Shown piece by piece: positions 37,240 through 49,300 of a stretch of 64,000 nt of DNA (position 1 is its first letter; every line of letters begins with the position of its first letter). A program made the position numbers and the translations under genes. The notes under the pieces were generated by a model that was given only the letters and a program-made list of their open reading frames with translations, had not been told where the DNA came from and ran no database searches. Origin of the DNA: Lingula anatina. Lineage: Eukaryota > Animalia > Brachiopoda. The stretch spans positions 55,096,788 through 55,160,787 of the forward strand of contig CM120640.1 in assembly GCA_051362555.1 (NCBI GenBank), written 5' to 3'.

Positions 37240-37925
37240 GTGAGAAAAGAATTGCAGAAAATTAAAAAATTGTTATACCTTATATTTTTCAGCTCTTACA
37301 GGAGATACGGTAATTTATTTTTCGTGAAGTGCATGTCTTCTCATCTATAATAAGATATTTGGTGGAATATTTTTTGTTGTGTACCTTGTCTTTGTTGTTG
37401 CTTTATTATTAATCTTCTAAAATCTACTACATATGTAATGTTAAGAACTAACACATTCTTGTTGTCTTGCTTTTTAATGTATTTATTTATTTAAAAAGAC
37501 AATGTTCTTATTTGCTGTTGAAGCATTTCTTGTAACTAAATCTCTTTGGTATCTTAAATCTCTTCTGTTTATCTGTACATTGCAGTCTTAAGCATTTTCG
37601 ATTGTATTTGGTTTGAGTGAAATGGCTGTCTCAACAGCTGCAATGCTTGAACTAAGTCATCTACATTTACTAAACATAAACACTAATCTCCTCTGTGAAT
37701 GTGGTTGCTGTAATAACATTGGTTGGTTGTGTTCAACAGGACCATTTTGGTAACATTAACTGGATTAACTCAAAAAAATTATCCTCACAATATTACTTAT
37801 CTTTGTAATTTTTATTAGATAAATAAGGGTACAATTAACGTGATATAAAATTTTTCTATAATTTGGACTTGAATATTTCACAAAGCTTTATATGACATAA
37901 ACTCACAACATTCCTCTACTTCCAG

Positions 37926-38114
37926 TCTGAGCCTGCCTTTACTTACACCTCTCTAGTAGCCCTAGCTGACTATGACAGCAGACATGAAAGTGTCCTGTCT
38001 TTTCATGCAGGCGACTATGCTCTTCTGCTTGGCAAAGATCCTAAAGGCTGGTGGCATGTTAACTTGGGGGGGCTGGATGGATGGGTTCCTGGGGACTATT
38101 GGAGAGAGGCTCCG
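37926..38114 (+). CDS. PX-SH3-SH2 adaptor exon 18 (SH3-4)
   Basis: VALADYDSRHESVLSFHAGDYALLLGKDPKGWWHVNLGGLDGWVPGDY, a complete canonical SH3. Phase 0-0. Confidence 0.9.
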
Positions 38115-38404
38115 GTAATTAGCGAATGGATGGATATCACATTTTGTTTTTCATTTATTAACTTTTATTTAGATATTTATTTTACATGTTTTTCTTTTAT
38201 TCAGCATAGAATTATTTGGTGATGGCTATGATAGTTCTTTTTTTTTTTCTTTTGGAAGTTTGTCGCTTTCTATGTAACTTTTTATGTATCACAAAACAAA
38301 AGCTACTTTGCTAAAACATTTTTTGTTTAGGAACAAAAAAATGTTTGGGCTGATGTAGAGTTTTACTTTTCCCATATCTTAAACATAAACAATTCCATCT
38401 TCAG

Positions 38405-38605
38405 CAAGCAGAAAAGACAACTTCACCAAAGCCATCTCCCAGGTTGGCAAGGAAACATAAACCAAAGTCTCCAGAGTTAAAAACCAAAGCAGGTAAAACA
38501 GCCATGGAATGGGATTATGGAAAAATGAGTCGCCATGAAAGTGAGTCCCTTCTTTTGAGGAATGGCGATGATAGAGACTTTCTAGTCAGAGAGAGTATGA
38601 ACAGG
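38405..38605 (+). CDS. PX-SH3-SH2 adaptor exon 19 (SH2 N-half)
   Basis: EWDYGKMSRHESESLLLRNGDDRDFLVRES (FLVRES signature). Phase 0-0. Confidence 0.92.
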
Positions 38606-38786
38606 GTAAGTTATATCATAAAATAAACATAGATTGCTAACAAAATAATTTTCTTGAAATAATTTTTTTTATGCATGGTCTTCTGAAATTAGTGCACAAG
38701 TCTTTTTTTTTTTTTTTCCACACAGGCACATTAAATACTCAAAAATATTAATAACCACAGTTCACAACTTTCTTCTGGTGTTGCAG

Positions 38787-38996
38787 GTTGGTGACTACAC
38801 TATCTCAGTGCGGTACAGTGAGAGGGTGCGCCACTTTCCAGTAGAGACCACAAGTGATGGAAAATACTACATAGGAAAGCATAACTTCAGTACCCTGACC
38901 AAAATTGTAGACTACTATCAGCATCACCCATTATTTTTTGATGACAAACATGAAGCAATAAGCTTGGGAAAGCCACTAAAAGTAACCAAGTCCTGA
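38787..38996 (+). CDS. PX-SH3-SH2 adaptor exon 20 (SH2 C-half, stop)
   Basis: GDYTISVR..VRHFPVE...YYIGKHNFSTLTKIVDYYQHHPLF...ISLGKPL, an Nck-like SH2 C-terminus. Confidence 0.92.
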   Translation, partial: VGDYTISVRYSERVRHFPVETTSDGKYYIGKHNFSTLTKIVDYYQHHPLFFDDKHEAISLGKPLKVTKS

Positions 38997-39753
38997 ATAG
39001 AATTGTTATACTGCTGTCATGTATAGTGCACTGTTGTAATCAGGGTCTATTACACCTGTCTGCTGAATAAAATCTTGATGGATATACATGTTTAGGTGGG
39101 GAATTCTGTAAAGTAAAGAAGATGAGCTCATCAGTAATCATTGATCTGATTGAGCTTTAAAACCAAGTTCTCTTGTTATATTGTAATTATATAAATTTCA
39201 TAAGGATTGTGTCATACTAAAAGCTCTATATTCCATACAGGATTTGGTGTTGGCAACAAAAAAGAAATGCTGCACAAGATGTAAAAATATTTAAAAGAGT
39301 AAGTGTATTTATTTTATTTGTAACCCATTTTCAATAACATATTCATAGAAAGATGGGCATTGGGCTACAAAAAAGGCAGCAATACTAATAACATGTTCAC
39401 CAGTGGTCTTCCTATGCATACAGGTACCTTCAGAAATTACAGCTGAAAGTAATGCACACTCCTGTGAAAAATATTCAATTTTTGCATATATTTTACACTG
39501 GTACTACTTGCTGAAAATTTATAATTTTTTACAAATCCATCAGTTGTCGATCTGCCAACAACATATAAAAGACCTCTTAGAGAGGGTGAGAGATACCCAA
39601 ATTTATATTGTGACAGTCATACTATTGCAATATCTACACTTGTAATGATAAGATAGACAAAGTGCAATCCTAGAAGAATATTATTTAAGCACCAAATTAA
39701 TTTTTTTATTTACAGAGATATGATATTGAACAATTATGAAAACTGCTAGTTGA

Positions 39754-39759
39754 AATAAA
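39754..39759 (+). terminator. Candidate polyadenylation signal of the PX-SH3-SH2 gene
   Basis: AATAAA followed ~25 nt later by a GT-rich element. The CpG-poor domain ends shortly after. Confidence 0.45.
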
Positions 39760-40293
39760 GGCTGAAGAATACCAAACAGTTTCAGGTTTGTGTGTGTGTG
39801 TAGGGGGGGGGGTTAAATTCTTATTTGTGATCTTTTTTGCTGATATTTGACTAAAAGGTAAGATGCTATTCCTGTTATTGTATGGAATGATATATTAGAT
39901 AAAAGATTATATATAAAAATAAATAATATCAATATTTTTAAGGGAAGTGCAGAGTTTGAATTCATTGAAATTTTGAAAATTCCACCTGGAGCTAGCTGCT
40001 ATAATGTTTCTGCTGGTACGCATCTTGCTACTTTTGATTTACTAGGTTTTAGGTTTAGCTTCTATGTCGTGTATAGACTGGTAAACCTCTAGGTGACCAA
40101 GGAAGCATGGGCTATCGACTTTTCTTAAATTCTTTCTATCTGGACACACTCCGTACTAAGGATTTCTAACCAATCACCTGCTACTGGAAGTTATTTAAAA
40201 TTAGATTGACTTATGAGATGGTTGTTATTACGTGAGACCTTTACAATTTGGCTGGAATTGTGTCCCTTTCGTAAAAAAATTAGCACACTCAGT

Positions 40294-40328
<35 letters not shown>

Positions 40329-41837
40329 TTTTGAGGGTAGAGCCCCAATTGCTACGGAAACGTTCAGTATTCAATATTTTAGAGTTCTGTAGACGCGAAG
40401 TTAAAATGAATTAACTTCTCTCTTTGTGTCACACATTGAGAACGTTCCAGAGGTGCCTTTTCTTAAAAATTAGTTTTGAAAATGAATCGCCCCTTTTAAA
40501 TATTGCTAGGGAGACTATATATATGGAAATATCTTCCAGAGGCGCGTCCCATCTCTTTAAGAGCAGATTCTCTCTGCTTTGCTTCAAGCGTATTAGACAG
40601 GCGTTAACGAAAAATAGAGAACCACGTACATGTACCTGTGCATGCAAACTCGAGGAAAAAATGTATGTATAACTATTTTGCAGGTCATGTTCTGAGTATT
40701 TATCATTTCTATTTACTGATCACTAATTAATTTTGATGGGCGCTAGATCGTTAGAAAAGGAAATGATCAAATTTTTATATCCAAAAATCACAACATTTTC
40801 AAAAGTTCCTCATTAGAGCAAACGAATCGCAGATGGACGGGCCTCGTGGCAAGAGGCAATCGAGTCTTGCGTTGCAAATGTGTAAGTTTCTGTCAAATGA
40901 AAACGTGCAATGTTTAATTAGAGAGATGCGTATAATACATTTTCAATTGACGCTTGTATGTTCGTTGTTAGAGCACAGGTGATACGTTGCCCCCTTGACC
41001 CTTTCTCGTGTGTGGAATCAAATACAGTATCAAACGTCTAATTGTCGTTTACCTAAATCTTAATGTACTTCTTTATCCTGTATCAAAATTATTAAACGAT
41101 GAGAAATGTTTGACATCCCCCACCTAATAAAATTGAATATATTATTGCGTAACAGTCCACATTAGTGTAATTTGTTAGAGTAATTAGTGTAATTTGTTAG
41201 TGTTAATCCTGCGCTTCAATCGGAAATTTTTAAAGTTGTGAACAATACCGTTCATCACCGTCAATTTAACTCTCGGACCTTAGATACACGACATCCTTAT
41301 CAATCCTTATTATGCTTATGAAGATTGCAGCATTTGGTTACCTTTGGGTTCATTTAGTTCATTTGATGGGTTCTTCTTGAGAGTTATAATGGATAATTAT
41401 TTCCTTAATTGAAAATGATATCCAATGTTATTTCACCACTTTGCATTGGCTACTCCCGACGTTGGAATCTTCACATTGCTGAAATAGCGAACACATTGTT
41501 ATCATAGTTTCTTCCGAATTTAACGCTCAAACAGTATTCTCTTTATCCAGATGCATCCATTTTGGAATTCCCAAGAATATCAGTAGAAAAACGAACAATT
41601 AAGGCTGCATTAATCATTCATTTGACTTGGACAATCATTTATGATTGAACCTCACACGGCCCAGAACACCACGTGCCGTAGGTTGCAGAACACTGGCAGG
41701 GTATGGTTTTATAGGGAATGACTACTTTCAGTAATTTTGGCATCATTAGTTTGTATGTAATGCAAAGTTATCAAAAAGAGTCTTCAGTTTAAACTGTCTC
41801 ATTATAGTGCATAAATATCCCATTGCCACAAAAAAAG

Positions 41838-42311
41838 TAATTTTACACAATGTGACTCTCTGAGTCACATCAGTGAGGCGCACATTTTGTGTAATACTTC
41901 CATAACTATTTTATATCACTTTCCACTTGTTTTTGATTATAGCTGATTTTGTTTCAGCATTGGAGGATAATATATCCTGACAGTCAATGAAAACGCCCCA
42001 TTTATTTATCAAATAATATTTTCAGTTCCTTTGGCACATTAAGAAAATAACAGTTTTCGTGTGAAATATGACCCATTATTCAGTCACACTTTTCACTCTC
42101 TTATGACCAAACAAGTGCATTTGTACTCGTTTATATGGTTGGAATCGATTCTGGGTAAAAAAGTACAAGAAAGTTTTCTGATGCGTTTTCATTGACTGTC
42201 AGTATAGTATATAGCAGCAAAAATAGTGGGGCAAGTTAGAATTATGCAATTATTACACAAAATCTGAGCGTCATTGAGGTGGCTGACAGAGTCACATTTG
42301 TGTAAAACGAC
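41838..42311. mobile_element. Degenerate inverted-repeat element with a nested small TIR element (41977-42202)
   Basis: Diverged outer arms (~41838-41907 / ~42240-42311). Perfect inner 20-bp IR ctgacagtcaatgaaaacgc / gcgttttcattgactgtcag. Confidence 0.65.
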
Positions 42312-42874
42312 CTTGCCCATTTTTCTTGTGGACTTAGCCTTTTCAAATGGCTCAAAATTGACAAAAAAAGCCTTGGTGTCAGGTGGGAAAACTTCCTTTT
42401 TGGCGGCGCAAGTAGGCCCCAGGATCGAGGGAAGTTGACACCATATACTTTAATAATGTAGCATTCCTTGTAAACACCATAAATGTATTTTTACGCATTT
42501 TATCATATTTAATTGATTTTGAGAGTCTTTGCTCGATTTGTAATGCATATGAGGTAGATAAATTGATGTTTCGATATGTTTGCTTCAAAAATCGAGCCAA
42601 GTGTTCCAACAAACCCCAGGTGCACATTTTTTAAAGCATTGCAGCCATTTTGGTGCTAGAATGAACTGCGAAAGTCAAATCACTTAACTTAAGTTTGATG
42701 CCCTGCACACATCTTTCATACTATCACAAGGCTATGAAAATAGATTTTAATCCTCTTCAACAAAGTAACTTTCAGATGCAGAAAACTCTCATTTGAACTC
42801 GCTGCTCAAGTAAAAGTATTTTACGACTGACGCTTTCTTGGCACTGTCGGATATGGTCGCTTTACAAGCTTATG

Positions 42875-42877
<3 letters not shown>

Positions 42878-42922
<45 letters not shown>
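42878..42922. repeat. Poly-T tract
   Basis: Homopolymer of about 45 nt. Confidence 0.9.
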
Positions 42923-42925
<3 letters not shown>

Positions 42926-45900
42926 TCGTAGGTACTTTTTCATAAATTATCGAGGGGCAACTTACCCCGGGGTCCATCTAGCCCCAGTCCCCCCTATTCT
43001 ATTCATCTCCTTTCACTTTGAGGCAATTTTTCAGACTCTCCAACTCTCTCCTGGTCGTATGGTCGCATTCCAATTTGACAGAAAAAGTGGTGGAAAAAAT
43101 GAAAAATAATTTATATTCCTGGTCTAGTTGTTAAATTAAGCAAAAATCCTGAAAATGATATTCCTAAGATTGTACGCCCAAGAACAATTATTTTTGTAGC
43201 ATTTTCCAGAATAATTTTGGAATCAGTCCCTAATGACAGTAACAGTAACTCAGCTCTATTTCCCGCCATTAAGAACACCCGTGCGTGATTTTGAATTTCG
43301 AACTTCCTTTAATTTAAGAAATTAAGATTGAACACCAATTACAATACGAGGATTACTGTGATACCCCAAGCTAATTGCAAATTTATTGCAAACAATCATT
43401 ATTATCATTTGTAGTTGTTTAGCATATATTTAAATAAAACAATTTACCATCCCATTAATGATCATGTTAAGCGTAATATCCTCGTACTTCTTTACACATT
43501 TTTTTCTTGTCCTTGACTACTATTTGCCTTTCATTGCTTTTAAAAAGTAAATATATCAGGATTCATTTTTTAACCCTAAATTCTGATTTGACATATATGG
43601 TCCTAGAAATGGTTAAAACGAATATTGATCGCTATTAGAAAAATATTTTTCTGATCGATTCAGCCGTCTTGATCCGTTTGAATTAAAATGTATATATCTG
43701 TGTAGCATTTTGGACAATTATCGTTAAGATAAAAAAATCTAATCCATTCCTAATTATTATTATTGTAGTTGTTATTATCATTAAAATGATCACAGTAACA
43801 ATACCTATTTATTATTTTTTATATTCAATTTTTCAAAACATAAATATGATGCTGATTTTATTTAGCAGTGATCATCTCTGCTTATACGTATTAGGTAAAT
43901 GCAAATTATTCTGCACCTCGAGAGATGGCGGGGGTGACAAAGTACAAGACAAGTGCGGGAAACGCCGTGACAGAACTCAATTTCTATCCTTTTCACACGT
44001 ACCGGTTGTTGTGATTCACTTCGGGGAATCAACAAAGCCCATCGCCTCTGTTTAAGGCCATGCAGCATTCTTATCCAGAAAACAGCAACATGAGAAATGC
44101 ACCGAATAACCCCGGAGTTGGTATGCGCGGGGATGGATGCGTGTACTTTCCTGCCAGGCATCTGTACCTAATTTCGTCAACATTGTTTTTATGGGTAACT
44201 CAAAGTCAGTGGAGCTGTGTGCCTGACATTGTTCAAGGTTTGATGCTTTTAGATCCTATCACAAAAACATTTTCCATCGAGTTGGTTTCACTCTACAGAG
44301 TAGGTCAATACCTTGTGCAGGTGTTCTCAGCGCGCGATTCTCTCACCAGAGAGCGCACACTCTGTGGATGGAGGAGTGGTGAAGCCAGACTCATGTGGGG
44401 GCGTGGCTTTTGTCAAGTATCAACCGCATTTTGCTGATGCAAGAGTCAAAGATTTATTTTTTAAAATGTATGTGAAGGAGTGAATGTGTTGATCACAAAT
44501 AAATCACTAATAAAAAACAGTCGTCAATCATTTTAGACTTACCGAATGATGCTATACTTTTCTTTTCCCGTTTTTATTACTATTTTTAACAAGATTAAAG
44601 CACATTATTGAGGTAACGAAGTGTGTACATCCTCCAATTTCGAGATTTTTCACGCAGTGAAACGTTTTTTTTTTTTTAAACGTACATTGAGATGCCAGAG
44701 GAATATCATATTGGCATGGCGCCATTTTAATTTTATCTTATTCAATTTTTCCCTTTTTTTTCTTTTTCTTTCCTTTGGAGCGAGTGTAAGCTGCGCTGCA
44801 ATTGAAATAATGATGAAGGTGCTAGAAATAATCTTTTATGTATCTTTTTCCCTCCATATTCAAGTATTCCTTTGATTTCATATTGCCCTTTTTACTACAT
44901 TTCGATCTATATCGTTCTATTAATTTTATTTTATTTCATTCCATGTGTTTGCATATTTATTCCTTTCCTTAATGATTTATTCTTTTGTTTATTTATTATT
45001 TCAATGTTTTTCATATGTTCATTTCATATCTAATTTTCGAATTTATTCATTTATTAGTTTAATTTTCATTTTACTGATTGAATTTTTTTTCGTTCTTGGA
45101 GTATATCTGTCGGATATTTTTAATATTCTATATAGTTTCAAATTCAAAAAGGTGCGTAAATAAACAATTCAAATGTTCTCTTGATGCTGAGTTGATCTTT
45201 ACTTTAGTTTTTCTTGCCCTCATTTGCCCCGTCCGTTTTTAGGTGGTTTGGTTGTATTTCTTTTAATTTTCATATTATTTCAATCACGTTATAGTTTGCA
45301 TATTATGTTTGTTTTAAAAGTTGCTCTTACAACCTGGCACAATTTTCCTTTTGACTTACTGGAAATATAAGCAGAACTTGACACAAGTAAAATAACTCGC
45401 ATCAAAGAACTCGTTCACCATACACAATAAGTTGACTTTTTACGGTAAATTGACATTTTGTGCTTTTTTAGAGTAGTAACTATCGTCTCAAATTTCTTTT
45501 TTTGGCGTTTCCTCTTTTGACCAAAATAATCCATTACTCAGCGTCATATATAATCCAGGTGAGCAGAAAGTTTTGTGAAAACAAACCCCGGTTCAATCAG
45601 AGTGCTGTTTTTACGGGATCGTGCTCTCTTGAAGATACGCACGTACGGGTGCAATGGCTCTAAAATGCCCGTCAGGGGTTATTCGGTGCAGGGGATGCAG
45701 ACTTCTAAACACGACTGAAAAGTATTTGGGGTCGGAATAATGGGCTATTGGTCGGAATAAGTCATGGTTAAGGTGTGGGGATAATGCACTGTTTGTATTG
45801 CCCGGGCGAAAGGGACTGGGAATCACAACCGCCTTTACAAAAAGAGAGTTGACTTTTACTGGCAACTCGGTGCACGCTCGCCGTGCGTATTACGGCTATT

Positions 45901-46287
45901 CAACTGCTGTATAGGACAAAACCAACAGAACAAGGAATTTGACCGCTCGCTTTTAATTGCCGTGTGGGACTTAGAAGAATGCGCCCAGCGCAACTTGTCA
46001 AAAGCCACTTAGCCGAAGCGTACGATTGAAAAGCAAACTATCAATAGCTCTACTGTACCGTAAGTCGAGGCAAGGCCCCCAGTTTTGTTATAAATCTTTC
46101 TATCGCGTCGAGTGATTTCATCTTTGATTAATTACCGATCATTTTTTGACAAATTTAATCGTTTCATTTTCGGTGTGACGATTAAAGTATTTTAATAGTC
46201 TTTCAGGCAAACTTATTCTAAAACTGTAGTGGCGAAATTTTCTGTCTTTCGACCAACCTACGTAATACGTCAGGTTCAGTTTAGTTC

Positions 46288-46319
<32 letters not shown>

Positions 46320-49300
46320 ATACGTGTATAGACATAAAAGCAATGTTCTAGGGTATGACTGACCATTTCTCTATGAACGGCTTTTCATGCTTAAAATTGC
46401 ACTGAAAGTGCTTTTTGACATCTATGAATGCAACCGGTTTCACCAACCGTGTCCAAAAACCGAGTTGGTTTCGAGATGCGACAAAGACAACAAATCTTTG
46501 TTTGTTGAATATGTCCCTATGCGATCATTCTCAATTACTTGAATATATACATACTTATAATATATATTTATGAAAAATAATTGTATACGAAGGGTTACAT
46601 ATATATTTATTTAATGCAAATTTTCATTCTGGTTATGAGCGAACATAATATTTTTCGATGGTGGTGGTCAATTTCACAATGATTTTAAAGCATAATTTTG
46701 AATGATTACGCCAAGCATACAATTACTCAGCATATGTATTTCAAATGCATAAAGTCACAACTTTGTTCATTTCATTTTATGTTAAATTCAAGCCTAATAA
46801 ATGATAAAAAAAAACGTTTCTGATTTTTTCTGATTTTTAGAATAATTACACCTTAACTCATGGTAGCATCTGTTTCATTATGACATGGCCGACAGAGAAA
46901 ATTTTCTTTCAAGCAATTCACGACGTCAGTTCAAAGAAAGGCGAAAAAAAATCCTCATTATATCTTGCAGGTGGCAGTGTCACCTCAAGGGGACGAGTTA
47001 ATCTGATCAAGTAAAAAATCGGATAATCTCCCATAGCAACTGCTTCCTCTTATACACAGAGTCAAGTCGGGGGAGTCCTGTGACTTCGCTTGCGTGGGTC
47101 TGGCACTGTGTGGTGTGCGACATGCGAGTTGCCTGAAGTGATTGCAGTATATCTGTTGTGGCCTGTCATGAATTGGACATTATTTTCAAAAATTAGGGGT
47201 ATTTTGTTCATCCTGACTAATTCGTATGGACACATAAATTAATGGTTGCAGCAAGATAGTAACACACCCCAGGAAGACCTGCAGTTATCTGTCAAAGGAG
47301 AGACTAATTGAAGTATCGATTTGTGAAACAAACCTCAAATTGTCTCCAAATGGATCCATACCTATCCCCCATTTCAAGCCCCAGTGTGAAGTTGTTATAT
47401 TTCTTATATTATATTGATAAGATTATGTTGCATTAATACGACACTATTTGACAACGCGCAAAGGCGAACCTATTTCAATTCCAAGTTGCCGGTCATGTCT
47501 TTAATATCATGCCTCATTCTCTTTTTTCCCTTTTCAATTCGACTACTAGATCCTTTATTGGCAGAACAAGAAAAATAGGTTTTCTGACTGGTAAACAACT
47601 TTGCTAGGCTTGCTCCCCACCTGTGTTGACAGAGAGCAGAAATTAATTAAGCCCGTCTCATATGCTTTTTTTAAGTATGAGGATATCTACTTCAACGAGC
47701 GGACCTTTTGTACTGACTTTTGATTCAGGGAGGTAACACTGCGGTGCAAATATCTCTGGAAACGCTGGAGAGGTGCAAATGCGGTTAAAGGTGCGATAAT
47801 TCATGTGAGACTTTCAATGGCTTCAAAGAGCGATCTAATTTGGAAAAATAGCTCGAGGAGATTATTGTGTTTAAAATGTTTTAATTTCTATAATCACGGA
47901 CAGCTGAAACTGATCGACAGTTTGGGAGTCTATCCGGCTCTATAGTTCTTTACTTTCGTTCGCGAACCAAATTATGGATGCCCCTCATAAGTGGGACAAT
48001 CGCAGGAACCTTTTCTTTAATTAAGCGAGAGATATGTGCTAATTATTTTGAACAAAAAGTAAAGTAATAAAATAAAGACCATATCTGTCTAAGAGATTCT
48101 TCATGGTGCGCACTTAGACGTGAGAATAATTAAATTTACAGGATACATATATATGTATGTATGTAATTACTCTTTAGATCTCAGATAAAACGATATAGCA
48201 CCAGCAGGGCGTCACCGACTAGGTTTTGGTAACCCGATACATGGTTGGACACCTGCGAGGAGTAGGATGATACAACGCGCAAGCCGGAAAAGTCAAAGCG
48301 TTATGCCAAAAATAATTTGATACCTTTACTTTGAAACAGGACACCAACGGAAACGACTTGTCATGGCTAAGAAGAAACAAAGAAAAATTGATATGAGCCT
48401 TCCTAGTATTTTGACATGCGTGTGGAACATTTATTGATTGATTTTGTAGGTAAAGTGAAAAGGACATATCGTGGGATTTGAAACAGAAAATCTTTGAAAC
48501 GTATTTTTCGAAGGCCCTCAGTAACTTTCAACCTTTTTGGCGGTTACTTGCTTGCGTTTAATTTGGTTTCCAATAAAAATTCATTTTTAGAGGAGGCAAT
48601 TTTGATTCCATTACTGAACAGGCGTACAGCATACATTTGAGACATAAGTGCAGGGTATTCAGAATAACAATGGAAAGATTAAAAACTAAGGAAATTCTAT
48701 GGTCCGTTTTTTAACTTTGATCTTCGGTTATTACAAATATTCGTTAGTTTAAGTTAAAATATACTGCTGAAAATTAGCACATGTACTTTGAAATAGGACG
48801 CAGTCAGTTGTGGATGACTTGCTGTAAAAAGATATTCATAAGGATTTAGATGAGAATCAAGTTACAGGCACATGGCATAGGTATAAAGTGTATTTCTTCT
48901 TCGTCTTGAAAATCCGCGACAGTAGAATCTTTATGTCACTCCTTAATCCTAGTTAACTCGACCCACCTGTCAAGTTTGGAGTTAAATGTCTCAATTAAGC
49001 TGGATTTCATTGCCTGCTCCCCGCCTCTACGATTAGCGCGCCTTGTCAATTACTCGCAATTGAATTTCCCTTCCGAGAGCGTGATTTACTGGCCAAATCC
49101 GCAGAAGAGCCCCAACAAATCGGTTCAAATGACAAGTGAGGAAAGTTAATGAGGTGTCGACGCAAAATTGTGGTTTTTTGGAAGATGGGTAGAAGGTTCG
49201 TCAGATATTGATTGTATCAATAAGTAAAGGGGAACATCCATTTTCAGGGAGGTTAGTATCTTTTTTTTAAATTTTTTTTTATTATTATTATGTTATTATG

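Larger units (their letters stand above)
19149..38996 (+). other. Gene span: SH3PXD2/NCF1(p47phox)-family-like adaptor, PX-SH3-SH3-...-SH3-SH3-SH2, 20 coding exons, ~880 aa
   Basis: All exons joined by GT-AG introns with matching phases into one open frame (2649 nt including stop, using the 35478 donor). Confidence 0.85.

Noticed and set aside
45611-45865. 84-aa minus ORF and ggtcggaataa repeats
   Set aside because: Looks like a decayed DNA-transposon or MITE fragment. No paired TIR or TSD could be defined.
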